Below, in pieces: positions 16,489 through 25,655 of a DNA stretch of 27,785 nucleotides. Position 1 is the first letter of the stretch, and every line of letters starts with the position of its first letter. Below the pieces are notes generated by a model that was not told where the DNA came from, did no database searches, and saw only the letters and a program-made list of their open reading frames with translations. The position numbers were made by a program, and so were the translations under genes. The stretch comes from a virus (lineage: Duplodnaviria > Caudoviricetes). The stretch covers positions 1 through 27,785 of IMG/VR virus record IMGVR_UViG_3300034072_000915; one strand, 5' to 3'.

Positions 16489-17048
16489 ACGGTCCCCGCT
16501 TTGCAGTGTTGTTGTAAGTAATTGGCTTCGCGTTGGCGGCGGGTCACGTACCTGTCGCCAAAGTTATTGAGCTCCCGCACCATGGCCGCCGCGTCACCCG
16601 CGACAGCTGCGCGCCAGAAATTAGGGCAGCGCCTGGCTAAATCGCCATATTGAAACGCGACTGAGGCAATCACCGTTTGCATCGCTGCTGGTAACATGGC
16701 AAAGCCTGTCTCGGCGGCGCTGTCATATCGCTGTTCAAGTTGATTGATCAGTTGTTGCTTGACCGCTTTATCAATGGCCTGCGCCTCAACTTCAGTGATC
16801 TGCAACGGGTTGTTGACCAGCACAGCCAGTGCGTTATTGCGCTTATGACCGCAATAAATCGCCAGCTTGTCGACCAGTTCGCCATGCTCTGGCAGCAGCG
16901 CGACTAAATCACTGTCACTGCGACAGCCAAGGTCAAAACCGGTGGCAATGGTTACGCCTGAACTTGATTGCTCAGGATCCGGCACATAGCCACGCAGCGC
17001 AGGGCCGCCCTCTAATGACGAAATGAAATCAAAATCAACTGCTGCCAT
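16485..17048 (-). CDS. Endolysin, pesticin C-terminal-like muramidase
   Basis: DFDFISSLEG...GYVPD...SGVTIATGFDLG...QTVIASVAFQYG...RRQREA. The ATG at 17048 has AAGGTG 6 nt upstream; the track starts at GTG 17057. Confidence 0.88.
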   Translation of the reverse strand: MAAVDFDFISSLEGGPALRGYVPDPEQSSSGVTIATGFDLGCRSDSDLVALLPEHGELVDKLAIYCGHKRNNALAVLVNNPLQITEVEAQAIDKAVKQQLINQLEQRYDSAAETGFAMLPAAMQTVIASVAFQYGDLARRCPNFWRAAVAGDAAAMVRELNNFGDRYVTRRQREANYLQQHCKAGTV

Positions 17049-17121
17049 GGTCTTCACCTTTTTTCAAATCACAGCTGCAGCGCAGTCATCCGTGACTGCA
17101 CTGGGCTGTGTTATTTTTCGG

Positions 17122-17571
17122 CTATTGCTTAATGTTTTCGATTTCTTCCGGACGCAGATACGGCACACCGTCGATATGCACAAAGTCCGGGCTGGTGACG
17201 TCAAACGGGATTTTAAACAAGCTCGCCTGTCCGCCTTTTTTGTCGACGTCCAGAATGTCGCTGAGCTTGATCCGACAGCCAAAGGCTTCCACTTTCATTT
17301 CATCTTTGGCGGTTTTGCCATAGAACATGATGTCGAATGTTTGCATGGCGCGCCAAGAACCAGCGCTTTTGGCTGCTGCTGAGATCAGCGCAAACTGGCT
17401 GGCGTTGACGTTCAGTTCACCGCTGGCTGCCACGTCGCCGTCCACGTAACCATCCGGTACCCCGCTGGTCTGGGCAACCGCGCTGTTGTCGGTGATTGTC
17501 AAAGTGGCGGTATCTACATGGATCATGATATCGCCAAGGTTTACGTTAAAATTCATGCCTGATAAACGCAT
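17122..17571 (-). CDS. Tail tube protein (HP1 type, DUF2597)
   Basis: MRLSGMNF, ITDNSAVAQTSGVPDGYVDGDVAASGE and VTSPDFVHIDGVPYL. Confidence 0.9.
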   Translation of the reverse strand: MRLSGMNFNVNLGDIMIHVDTATLTITDNSAVAQTSGVPDGYVDGDVAASGELNVNASQFALISAAAKSAGSWRAMQTFDIMFYGKTAKDEMKVEAFGCRIKLSDILDVDKKGGQASLFKIPFDVTSPDFVHIDGVPYLRPEEIENIKQ

Positions 17572-17615
17572 TTTTAGTACTCCTACATGCTGCTCAATTC
17601 AAAGCTGGCTACAAG

Positions 17616-18719
17616 TTAAACGCTGCTTAAATCAAGCAGAATGTTGACGGTGATTTCCTTCGGTGAATTGTATGGACGCACCACCATGTAGATGGTCACC
17701 GCTTTGTTTGTGGTCCATACAATGCTGATGTCGCCATCACGCGGCGGCTGAATTTCACCAGGGAACTGAGTACCCAAGATCACGGTGCTTTTGCTCATAT
17801 TGCGCAGCGGCTTCATGAAATAGGATTTGTTCAATTCGATGCTGGCCGGCGTCGAATTCAGCGCCCGATTTGCAATCCGGCGAATGGCTAAAATGCGCAC
17901 TTCGCGGCTGGCTTTGTGCACCGGGCGTAAATGCTCGATGTATTGGAAATCGCCGCCGGCTGCGTCCAATGTGGAGCCGTCGCCCCAGTAGATGCCCGCC
18001 AAGTCCGGATACCACTGCGGGACGCTTAACCGTGCGTTGGCCAGTGTTTCGAGTGTGGCCAGCGTCAGCGGTTTATCAGCGCTATCCACTGGCGCTTCAC
18101 CGAGGCCCAACACTGCACCTGTGGCCACCCGCATTGGGCTGTCTGCAATGCTGACTCCGCGGTTACATAAGCGGCCAGCCAGTACCCCGGCGTTGTTACC
18201 GTGCAGCAATGGCACTGGCACAATCAATGGCGCGGCAATGCCTGCCTGAATAGCCACTGTTGCAGCCTCGTACTGTGCCCAAGTCTGCAGCCCAGTAATG
18301 CCTGGCAGTGCAGCAATACCAAACACAAAACGGCCATGGCTTGCTTTGAGGCTTTCCAGATAACCTTGTTTCGCCGTCAGTGCCGCGCCTGCTGCGCTTA
18401 CATCGCAGAACACCACCGCTTCAAAGCTCTGCACTTCGTTGGCTGCGGTGATGGCGTCAAACACGTCTTCACCGTCAGCCAGTGGATACACCGCTGCGGT
18501 CCAGTTCTGGCCAGCGTTTAACTGTGCGGCAATTAACTGATCACGCAGTGGACTGTCAGCAAATGTGGCTTCCAAGTCCGTTTGAGCGCCCACGCTGAAA
18601 AGCTGGCTTTCTTCTGCTTCTGCGCCGGCAAGACCCACGAATAAGAAGTGCCGTTCAATGGCCGTAATATCACCCTGGCCTTGATTTAAATTGTTTACCT
18701 GTACCTTACCTAGTGACAT
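17616..18719 (-). CDS. Tail sheath protein (HP1 type, DUF2586)
   Basis: VQVNNLNQGQG...IERHFLFVG, SIADSPMRVATG and WYPD..GIYW.DG. Confidence 0.92.
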   Translation of the reverse strand: MSLGKVQVNNLNQGQGDITAIERHFLFVGLAGAEAEESQLFSVGAQTDLEATFADSPLRDQLIAAQLNAGQNWTAAVYPLADGEDVFDAITAANEVQSFEAVVFCDVSAAGAALTAKQGYLESLKASHGRFVFGIAALPGITGLQTWAQYEAATVAIQAGIAAPLIVPVPLLHGNNAGVLAGRLCNRGVSIADSPMRVATGAVLGLGEAPVDSADKPLTLATLETLANARLSVPQWYPDLAGIYWGDGSTLDAAGGDFQYIEHLRPVHKASREVRILAIRRIANRALNSTPASIELNKSYFMKPLRNMSKSTVILGTQFPGEIQPPRDGDISIVWTTNKAVTIYMVVRPYNSPKEITVNILLDLSSV

Positions 18720-18731
18720 TTTCAGCCCCTT

Positions 18732-19385
18732 CTATCGTTTGTTAATTTGTTCAATGATGCTGACCAACTGCCGCTGCACGTTGTCGGCCGTATCACCAAG
18801 GAACGGTCGCGCCGCCACGGGAATGTCCCAGCGCTGTTTTTGTGGTTTGTCGCGTAGCTTGCGCAGGATCAGCATCGCTTTACCCTGACTTAAGCTGTCC
18901 ATGATTTCGCGCAGGCTGGCGCGGCGGTAACCTTTGCCCTTTGCCTTTCTGACCTTGTAGCCTTCCGCTGACAGCGCTTTCGCCTGCGAACGGGTGCACG
19001 GTGCTTTGTAATCTGGCTGGCCATGAATGCGCGCCATTTTGTTGGCCGTCATTTTTTCAGCGCCGCCCTCTTGGTGCAGTGCCGCAATACGGCCCGTTAA
19101 TGCCGCTTTGTGTTTCAGCTCTAACCGGTTGGCGTTTTTTACATAAGGCTCTAGTGTTTTCCCCAGCCGCTTTAACATCCGGTCTTTTTTGCCGTTGCTG
19201 CGTGGAGTGAATGCGCTGCCGTCAGTAGTGGTTTGGCTGGCAATGCGTTTGCGCGCCAGTGTGCGTTCGTGCCGGCCCAGCGTTTTCAAAATGCGGGTAC
19301 GCTTTGGCGCCGGCAGCTTTAACAGCTGCAGCTGCATGCTGGCGCTTAGTGCCTGCTCTTTGTTTGGCGTGATGATCAGACTCAT
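18732..19385 (-). CDS. Virion morphogenesis / tail completion protein (gpS-like)
   Basis: Basic protein with RIAALHQEG and the C-terminal IPVAARPFLG motif. Confidence 0.85.
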   Translation of the reverse strand: MSLIITPNKEQALSASMQLQLLKLPAPKRTRILKTLGRHERTLARKRIASQTTTDGSAFTPRSNGKKDRMLKRLGKTLEPYVKNANRLELKHKAALTGRIAALHQEGGAEKMTANKMARIHGQPDYKAPCTRSQAKALSAEGYKVRKAKGKGYRRASLREIMDSLSQGKAMLILRKLRDKPQKQRWDIPVAARPFLGDTADNVQRQLVSIIEQINKR

Positions 19386-19867
19386 TCGTCACCGCCTGGC
19401 ACTACCTGCACGTTGATTTCTTCCGCGACATTGACCACGACCATATCAACGCTGTAGCGGTTGCCATTAAACAGCACCGGGCCACTGGCATTCGGTATCA
19501 AGTCGATGTTGTCAACCAGTTCCACTTCGATGATCACCGTGGCGTTGTCGTTGCTGATTGGGTCAATGTCCAGTGTCGGGTCTTCAAGGCCCAGTTCATC
19601 GCGTGGCCAGTTGCTGTCGAGTAGAAACGCGGCCAGCATGGCAAGCAGGTTGTAAGGTGCAACTTTTAGATGCGGAAAGTTTTCAATGACGATGATGGCG
19701 CGGTGCTTCCACTTCGCCACCTGATAGCCTGTGCCTAAGTCTTCACCGCTTAAAATGATGGTGCCGCCCTCTTGCCAGGCGTCAATGGTGTTGGCCGTGA
19801 CGTAGGGTTGCAGGCTACTCAGTAAAAATTCAGTCAGTTGCTGCAGCTGGGTTTTTGATTCGCTCAT
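19382..19867 (-). CDS. Tail completion protein (gpR-like)
   Basis: Acidic 161-aa ORF between the gpL-like and gpS-like genes. Confidence 0.75.
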   Translation of the reverse strand: MSESKTQLQQLTEFLLSSLQPYVTANTIDAWQEGGTIILSGEDLGTGYQVAKWKHRAIIVIENFPHLKVAPYNLLAMLAAFLLDSNWPRDELGLEDPTLDIDPISNDNATVIIEVELVDNIDLIPNASGPVLFNGNRYSVDMVVVNVAEEINVQVVPGGDE

Positions 19868-20325
19868 AATGAATGCACCCCTGCACGGCCAAGCCCCAGC
19901 AACAAACGCACCCCACGGTTTGAGTGCGCCAGAATGGCGTCCTGCTGGGCAGTGTCTTTGGCTTTGTTGTTGCCGGCTTCTTTTTGGTCCACGGCGGAAA
20001 AATACCCCAGCAAATCGGCATGGGAACGGGCATACACTGCACCCCGGTAAATGCTGATTTGCTGTTCGCTGAACTCAGGAACCAGGCCAACGCCCAGGGT
20101 TAAAATGACTTCCGTGTCTGCCGTGCTTCTCATGACAAATTGAATAATTTGCTGCTGAATTTCTGCAGCGCTGCGCGTGATGGCGTCGGCAATGGCGGCT
20201 TCTTCGAAATACTCAGGAATGCGCCGGTGCTGGCGAAATTCCTCGGTTGACAGTGCAGGCCAGCCGCTATCGGCATCAACCATGATGCTTTCTTGTGCCG
20301 GTGACTGAAAACCAAATCCGCTCAT
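19864..20325 (-). CDS. Head completion/stabilisation protein (gpL-like)
   Basis: GWPALS..EFRQHRRIP, YRGAVYARSHADL and a C-terminal GVHSL. Confidence 0.88.
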   Translation of the reverse strand: MSGFGFQSPAQESIMVDADSGWPALSTEEFRQHRRIPEYFEEAAIADAITRSAAEIQQQIIQFVMRSTADTEVILTLGVGLVPEFSEQQISIYRGAVYARSHADLLGYFSAVDQKEAGNNKAKDTAQQDAILAHSNRGVRLLLGLGRAGVHSL

Positions 20326-20430
20326 GTCGTGCCCTTGCAGTTGATTAGGTTCAGTGCGGTTAACGTCAACGTGATTAATAACAGTCGCCTGTTAAACACT
20401 CGGTTAGCGCACTGGAGGGTGGAGCCTGTT

Positions 20431-21195
20431 TTATTCCGGCTGGCTGTCGCTCTGCCGGTTTAACTCTTCAATTGCCCGCAACCGCATGGCAATTTTGTTT
20501 CGAACCGTTTTTACCTGGGCGTGCTTGTGCAGCTCTGCCGCTTTTTCTAAAAGCTGATCGGCACGTTTGAGCCGGTCCACATCGCCAACGTGGCTTGGCG
20601 CAATGTCGCCGTTTTTGGCCCGTAGTAAGGCAAGGCCGGCGAATTTGTAAAACTTGGCTGTGACTTGCTCGGGTAGTTTCCACTGCCCAACCACACGGTT
20701 AAACACGGTGCCGAAATATGGTTCGATGCTGTGGCCGTGCTCGGCTTGCAGCTCTGCCCAGTCAAAAACGGTGTCTGCGATAAAACCTGGCCATTTTCTG
20801 CGGATGCTTCCGGCCATTGGCTGTCCAAGCTCAATTGCAGCGAAGGCGAATTCAAGGGCTCTGCTGAGGTTACCGACGTCGAAAAGCCAGACAGTGCAAT
20901 AAGCGAAAATAGGGTTGTCGCTAACAGTTTTTTCATTGCCTTTTTCCTTGCGTTCATTCAGATAGGCTTCGACGATTGGCAGCCACTTGGGCAACAACAC
21001 GTCGCGTTTATGGGCGATTTTGTCCGCCCGTCTTTCAAATGCTTTGAGCCGTTTCAGGTCAGCATCGAGCTCAATCAGCTGTAAATGCAGACTAGGCGCA
21101 TATTCGGCGCTTCCGGTTAGCCTGACTTTTTCGAGTTGCTTTTCCGCGGTGCGGCTTTCCCGCCACGCGAGGATTTTTGCGCCGCCGACGGCTTT
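20431..21195 (-). CDS. Terminase small/endonuclease subunit (gpM-like), main body; probably expressed by -1 frameshift from 21569
   Basis: The frame is open from about 21204 to 20431: LHLQLIELDADLKRLKAFERRADKIAHKRDVLLPKW...VWLFDVG...W.LPEQVTAKFYKFAG...VKT. The first ATG/GTG/TTG is GTG 21000, which lies inside the conserved region. Confidence 0.85.
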   Translation of the reverse strand, partial: KAVGGAKILAWRESRTAEKQLEKVRLTGSAEYAPSLHLQLIELDADLKRLKAFERRADKIAHKRDVLLPKWLPIVEAYLNERKEKGNEKTVSDNPIFAYCTVWLFDVGNLSRALEFAFAAIELGQPMAGSIRRKWPGFIADTVFDWAELQAEHGHSIEPYFGTVFNRVVGQWKLPEQVTAKFYKFAGLALLRAKNGDIAPSHVGDVDRLKRADQLLEKAAELHKHAQVKTVRNKIAMRLRAIEELNRQSDSQPE

Positions 21196-21569
21196 TTTAA
21201 CTCTTCAGTGGCCTCTTTTAACTGCGCTGTCGCCTGGCCGATATCTTCCGCGCTGTACGCAAGCTGATTGGCGGTATCTTCCAGACCACCCGCTGCGCTG
21301 CTGATTTGCTCCGCAGCACCGGTGACTGCATCGGCTGCGCCTTCGACGGTGCTGGCGCTTGATTCAAGGTCTGATGCTGTGCGTTCCAGATCCGCTGTCA
21401 CTGTGTCGTTTTTCGGCTCTGTTTCAGCTGTAGCTGCAGCGATTTTCTTTGCTGCTTCGGCTAATTGTTCTTCGGATAACCCGGTGATGTTTACGCCTTG
21501 CGCAATCAGCTCTTTGGCTAATGCGCGCTGCGCTTCACGGCGCTTTTTAAAATTGGCAATGGCACTCAT
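21117..21569 (-). CDS. 150-aa coiled-coil protein; N-terminal part of the frameshifted small terminase
   Basis: ATG 21569 has an AGGA RBS. Basic N-terminus (MSAIANFKKRREAQ), heptad Ala/Glu/Thr region, TTA-AAA-AAG slippery site and a basic tail. Confidence 0.75.
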   Translation of the reverse strand: MSAIANFKKRREAQRALAKELIAQGVNITGLSEEQLAEAAKKIAAATAETEPKNDTVTADLERTASDLESSASTVEGAADAVTGAAEQISSAAGGLEDTANQLAYSAEDIGQATAQLKEATEELKKPSAAQKSSRGGKAAPRKSNSKKSG

Positions 21570-21655
21570 GGCTTTTCCTGCTGGTTTTTCTACACAATTC
21601 ATTGGATTGATTTGCCAGGCGCTATATCAGCGCCCGGCACTTTTTCAGCGGCCTG

Positions 21656-22678
21656 TTAAGGCGCTGGGCCGATATTGACCGCTGATTCATCTACAGCGGC
21701 GTAGGCCTGATATTCATCCACGGCGTAGCCTTCAAAGCGCCAGTATTTGTCTTCCCAGCGTTTGCGGTCTTCGACGTTTTCAGATTTGCGTGACCGGGTA
21801 CCCTTTTGCGTGTAGCAATGCAGGTTTTGCAGCATGGTCACCACGATGCGTTTACCCGGGAAGAATGGCGGGGTATAGGCCCGCAGACCGCCGATAGATT
21901 TGTCCATCATCTGGGCGGCAACGCGCTCCGTTGGTTTGTCTGCCTGATGCATCAGCTTGATTTGTGCAGCGGCAATTAAGTCGCTCCCCACCAGCACGAC
22001 CAGGCGCGGGTCGTTGCGGAACTGCTCAGGAATCAGTGTTAATTTGAGTTCGGTAACGATGGCATCCAGCGTTTTATATTCGCCTGCAGCCAGTTCACCA
22101 GTGGCATCCGGGTTAAAGTAAATGTCATCGGTCATCACCTGATCTGGCGCTTTTTCTTTTACCAGTTGGTGCCAGCCTTTGTTCACGTCCTGGCCTAACG
22201 GATTGGCAACAGGGTCTGTGTTGGCCGCCGCTGATGTGCCGTTAAAACCAACGCGCAGGATATCGAGTGCAAAACGCATGGTGGCGTTTTCGCTCATTAA
22301 GCGCATGAATTCGCGTTCACTGCCGGCGTTCGCCCAGACAGCCAGCGTTGCCCATGGCACAAATGCGCATGAATCGGTTTCTTTCAGCTCGTATTCGTTG
22401 CCGTCTACGTCTTGGCCAGTGGTAAATCTGCCCGCGGCTGATCGACCTGTGGCAATACCGGTGTTGCCGACACTGACTACCTGACCTTTAATCTGGTCGA
22501 CGTCCATTAAGGTGATCAGTTTTAAAAACTCTACCGAGTCCAGAATGGCGGCGCGTAATTTGGTTTCCATCGGGCCGGTCACAGCAAACTGCTTGCTTGG
22601 GTCCGGTGTTTCGTAAGCTTTGGCCATCGCGCTGCTGTAGGCCATCACGCAGGCTAATGCGGTTTTGGTTAAATTCAT
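21656..22678 (-). CDS. Major capsid protein, P2 family (gpN-like)
   Basis: ALDILRVGFNG, NPLGQDVNKGW, YKTLDA, PPFFP and C-terminal EGYAVDE. Confidence 0.96.
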   Translation of the reverse strand: MNLTKTALACVMAYSSAMAKAYETPDPSKQFAVTGPMETKLRAAILDSVEFLKLITLMDVDQIKGQVVSVGNTGIATGRSAAGRFTTGQDVDGNEYELKETDSCAFVPWATLAVWANAGSEREFMRLMSENATMRFALDILRVGFNGTSAAANTDPVANPLGQDVNKGWHQLVKEKAPDQVMTDDIYFNPDATGELAAGEYKTLDAIVTELKLTLIPEQFRNDPRLVVLVGSDLIAAAQIKLMHQADKPTERVAAQMMDKSIGGLRAYTPPFFPGKRIVVTMLQNLHCYTQKGTRSRKSENVEDRKRWEDKYWRFEGYAVDEYQAYAAVDESAVNIGPAP

Positions 22679-22737
22679 CTTTTTATCTCGCTGCTAATTT
22701 ATACAAAGGTTTAAGTGCTGAGCTTGTTAGTCAGCGA

Positions 22738-23664
22738 TTAAACAACCGCGTACGCTTCACCTGCGCCAGCTGGGTCAGGCTTTTGGCCTGGCGCTTCCTG
22801 GCTCATTTCTTTGAACTTGGTTTCTAAGCCTTCAACTTTTGATACCAGGCCTGTGATGCTGGCATTCAGTTGGTTGAACTGCTCAGCAGTAATGCCTGTG
22901 TCGGCTGGTTTATCCGCTGGTTTGTCTTCAACTTTGTCAGCTGGCTTGTCGGCTGGTTTGTCACCTTCCGGCGCTTTGCTGAATTTGGTTTCCAGTTCTG
23001 AAACCTTGTTTTCGATGCCGCCGACTTTATTCATCAGCGCTTCAAATTGTTCTTTGGTCATCTCTTGGTCCTCGGGGTTGGCTGTTGCCGGATCAGGCGT
23101 TTGGAATTTTTTAATGGCGTCGTAGATTGCGGTGCCAATGGCGGCGAACAGGCCTTTATCCGTGGCTTGGTTTTGTTGGTCTTTTTCGTTGATAAAATCG
23201 GCGCTCAGCAGTTCTTCCAGCTGACTGACTTCGTGGTCATGCTCTTTTTCGCCTACTGAAAACTTTAAGCGGGTGGTGCCGGTTGATGCTGGCGAATCCG
23301 TGACGGCGATACCTTGCAGATACGCTTTGCCGGTGCCTTTGTAGTCGATGTTCGGTTCAATCGACATAAACAGTTTCTGGCCGTCTTTGTTGGCTGCCAG
23401 CAGATAATCGTTGGCGGTTAATTTGACGTATAAACGCAGTTTTCCGCCCTGGGTGGCTGCTTTTACTTCGTCAACCGTACCCCAGTTTTTGCCCTCGAAC
23501 GGTCCCCAGGAGGAACGGAAATGCTCTGGCCAAATCAGTGCGGTGTATTCGTCTGGCGAGTACGACTCGGCCATTTGCTGGATCCACTCTTTGGTGATTG
23601 TGCGGCCGTCGACGGTTGCGCCTTCGGTCGCTGCGATTACCCACCCAGTTTGTTTTCCTGCCAT
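22738..23664 (-). CDS. Capsid scaffolding protein/protease (gpO-like)
   Basis: ATEGATVDGRTI, YTALIWPEH and YLQGIAVTDSPASTGTTRLKF. Confidence 0.95.
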   Translation of the reverse strand: MAGKQTGWVIAATEGATVDGRTITKEWIQQMAESYSPDEYTALIWPEHFRSSWGPFEGKNWGTVDEVKAATQGGKLRLYVKLTANDYLLAANKDGQKLFMSIEPNIDYKGTGKAYLQGIAVTDSPASTGTTRLKFSVGEKEHDHEVSQLEELLSADFINEKDQQNQATDKGLFAAIGTAIYDAIKKFQTPDPATANPEDQEMTKEQFEALMNKVGGIENKVSELETKFSKAPEGDKPADKPADKVEDKPADKPADTGITAEQFNQLNASITGLVSKVEGLETKFKEMSQEAPGQKPDPAGAGEAYAVV

Positions 23665-23689
23665 GTGCCTGCTCTTTTTCGCTGATAAA

Positions 23690-23830
23690 TACCTCTGAGG
23701 CCTTAAGCTTAAGGCGTTGTAAATGGTTAATCACGGGGCATCGTTCTGGGTGGTTCCGATTTTTGCAATATCAGAAAAGGCAGTAAAATTAGTTAGTTAA
23801 CCCATCATTCGCAGACAATACACTAGCTCT
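23690..23830. promoter_or_regulatory. Divergent late promoter region with a dyad TTCCGAT-N9-ATCAGAA (candidate Ogr-family activator site)
   Basis: Intergenic between the divergent scaffold and terminase genes. Inverted repeat at 23754-23776; perfect 16-bp palindrome at 23700-23715. Confidence 0.5.
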
Positions 23831-23864
23831 ATTGTGTCAGTTAACCCGGCAATTTTCCGCATTT

Positions 23865-25655
23865 ATGGCCTACTCTCCCGAGATCCGCGAATCAGCAAAA
23901 CGGCTTTACCTGAAGCGCTGGACGCCCGACGAAATCCGCGACGACCTCGGGCTGCCAAACAACCGCATTGTGTATTTCTGGGCCGATAAATACGGCTGGC
24001 GTGATTTGCTGCGTGAGGAAGAAGTTGACGAAGCCATCGCGCGGCGCATCGTGGTGCTGACTGATATCCCAGATAAGACCGGCAATCAGATCAAAGAACT
24101 GGATATGCTGATTAACCAGCATGTGCGGCTGAAGAAACAACGGATTGATGCTGAGCGCAAAACTCAGGACGGCGGCGACAGCCAGCACCAAAGCAGTAGC
24201 ACCCGCGACAGCAGCAGTGATAGCACTGATAAACCCGCCGCCAAACGCAAAGGCCGTAAAAAGAAAAACGATGTTAGCGAACTGACTGCCGATGATTTTG
24301 CAGCCTGGCACGATACGCTGTTTGGCTATCAGAAAACGATGCACCAGAACCTTGGGCAGCGTATTCGCAACATTCTAAAAAGCCGGCAGATTGGCGCCAC
24401 TTACTATTTTGCCGGTGAAGCGTTTGAACAGGCCACGCTGACCGGCGAACCGCAGATATTCCTGTCAGCCTCGCGCAGCCAGGCTGAAGTGTTCCGCAGT
24501 TACATTGTTGCCATCGCCCAGCAGTTCTTTGAAATTGAGCTGACCGGCAACCCGATTGTGCTGCATACCGCGCACGGCGACGCTGAGCTTAGGTTTTTAA
24601 GCACCAACAGCAAAACCGCGCAGAGTTATCACGGCCACGTTTACATCGATGAATATTTTTGGATCGGCAAATTCGATGTACTCAACAAACTCGCTTCCGC
24701 GATGGCCACGCACAAAAACTGGCGCAAAACCTACTTTTCCACGCCCTCGACTAAAGCGCACCCGGCATACCCATTCTGGACCGGCGATCACTGGCGACAA
24801 GGCAAACCAGAACGGGCCGAAATTGAGTTCCCCAACTTTGATGCGATGCGGGACGGCGGCCGGCTTTGTCCGGATAAACAATGGCGATTTGTAGTCACCA
24901 TTGAAGACGCCATTGCCGGTGGCTGTGAACTCTTCGACATTGACGAACTGCGCGACGAATACAACGGCGACGACTTCGCAAACCTGTTTATGTGCGTCTT
25001 TGTTGATGATGCCGACAGCGTATTTAAGTTTTCCGACCTTGAAAAATGCATGGTCGACGCTGCCCGATGGCAAGACTACAAACCCGCCGCGCCCCGGCCC
25101 TTTGGTAACCGCGAAGTCTGGCTGGGTTATGACCCATCGCGCACCCGCGACAATGCAACACTTGCAGTTGTGGCACCTGGCGAAACCAAAGGCGAAAAAT
25201 TCAGGCTATTGGAAAAGCATTATTGGCGCGGCCTGAACTTCTCGCACCATGTGGCCGAAATCCAAAAGATTTATGCAAAGTATCGCGTTACCTACATTGG
25301 CGTGGATACCACCGGCATAGGCTCCGGTGTGTTTGATTCCATCAGTACGCTTTACCCGCGTGAAGCCACGGCCATTCACTACAGCGTATCGAGTAAAACT
25401 CGGCTGGTGCTGAAAATGATAGATGTCATTGAGGGCGGCCGGATTGAATGGGACGCCTCGCATAAAGACGTTGCCATGAGCTGCCTTGCTATTCGGCGCA
25501 CCGTCACTGAAACCGGCGGTGCCATCACCTTTAAAGCCAGCCGTGATAACGCCACCGGCCATGCCGACATATTTTTTGCCATCGCCCACGCGGTGATTAA
25601 TGAGCCACTTAACCACGAACATCAAAGGAAATCCTCATGGTCGATACCCAATTAA
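23865..25655 (+). CDS. Terminase large (ATPase) subunit (gpP-like)
   Basis: [14 protein letters not shown] (Walker A region), VYIDEYFW (Walker B), GYDPSR and HADIFFA. Start MAYSPE at 23865. Confidence 0.97.
   Translation: MAYSPEIRESAKRLYLKRWTPDEIRDDLGLPNNRIVYFWADKYGWRDLLREEEVDEAIARRIVVLTDIPDKTGNQIKELDMLINQHVRLKKQRIDAERKTQDGGDSQHQSSSTRDSSSDSTDKPAAKRKGRKKKNDVSELTADDFAAWHDTLFGYQKTMHQNLGQRIRNILKSRQIGATYYFAGEAFEQATLTGEPQIFLSASRSQAEVFRSYIVAIAQQFFEIELTGNPIVLHTAHGDAELRFLSTNSKTAQSYHGHVYIDEYFWIGKFDVLNKLASAMATHKNWRKTYFSTPSTKAHPAYPFWTGDHWRQGKPERAEIEFPNFDAMRDGGRLCPDKQWRFVVTIEDAIAGGCELFDIDELRDEYNGDDFANLFMCVFVDDADSVFKFSDLEKCMVDAARWQDYKPAAPRPFGNREVWLGYDPSRTRDNATLAVVAPGETKGEKFRLLEKHYWRGLNFSHHVAEIQKIYAKYRVTYIGVDTTGIGSGVFDSISTLYPREATAIHYSVSSKTRLVLKMIDVIEGGRIEWDASHKDVAMSCLAIRRTVTETGGAITFKASRDNATGHADIFFAIAHAVINEPLNHEHQRKSSWSIPN

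Noticed and set aside
17064-17282. 72-aa Cys-containing ORF as a TraR/DksA-type zinc finger
   Set aside because: It overlaps the tail tube gene in another frame and lacks the proper four-Cys spacing.
5082-19867. Tailocin or contractile injection system
   Set aside because: Capsid, portal, terminase and replication genes are present, so this is a prophage.
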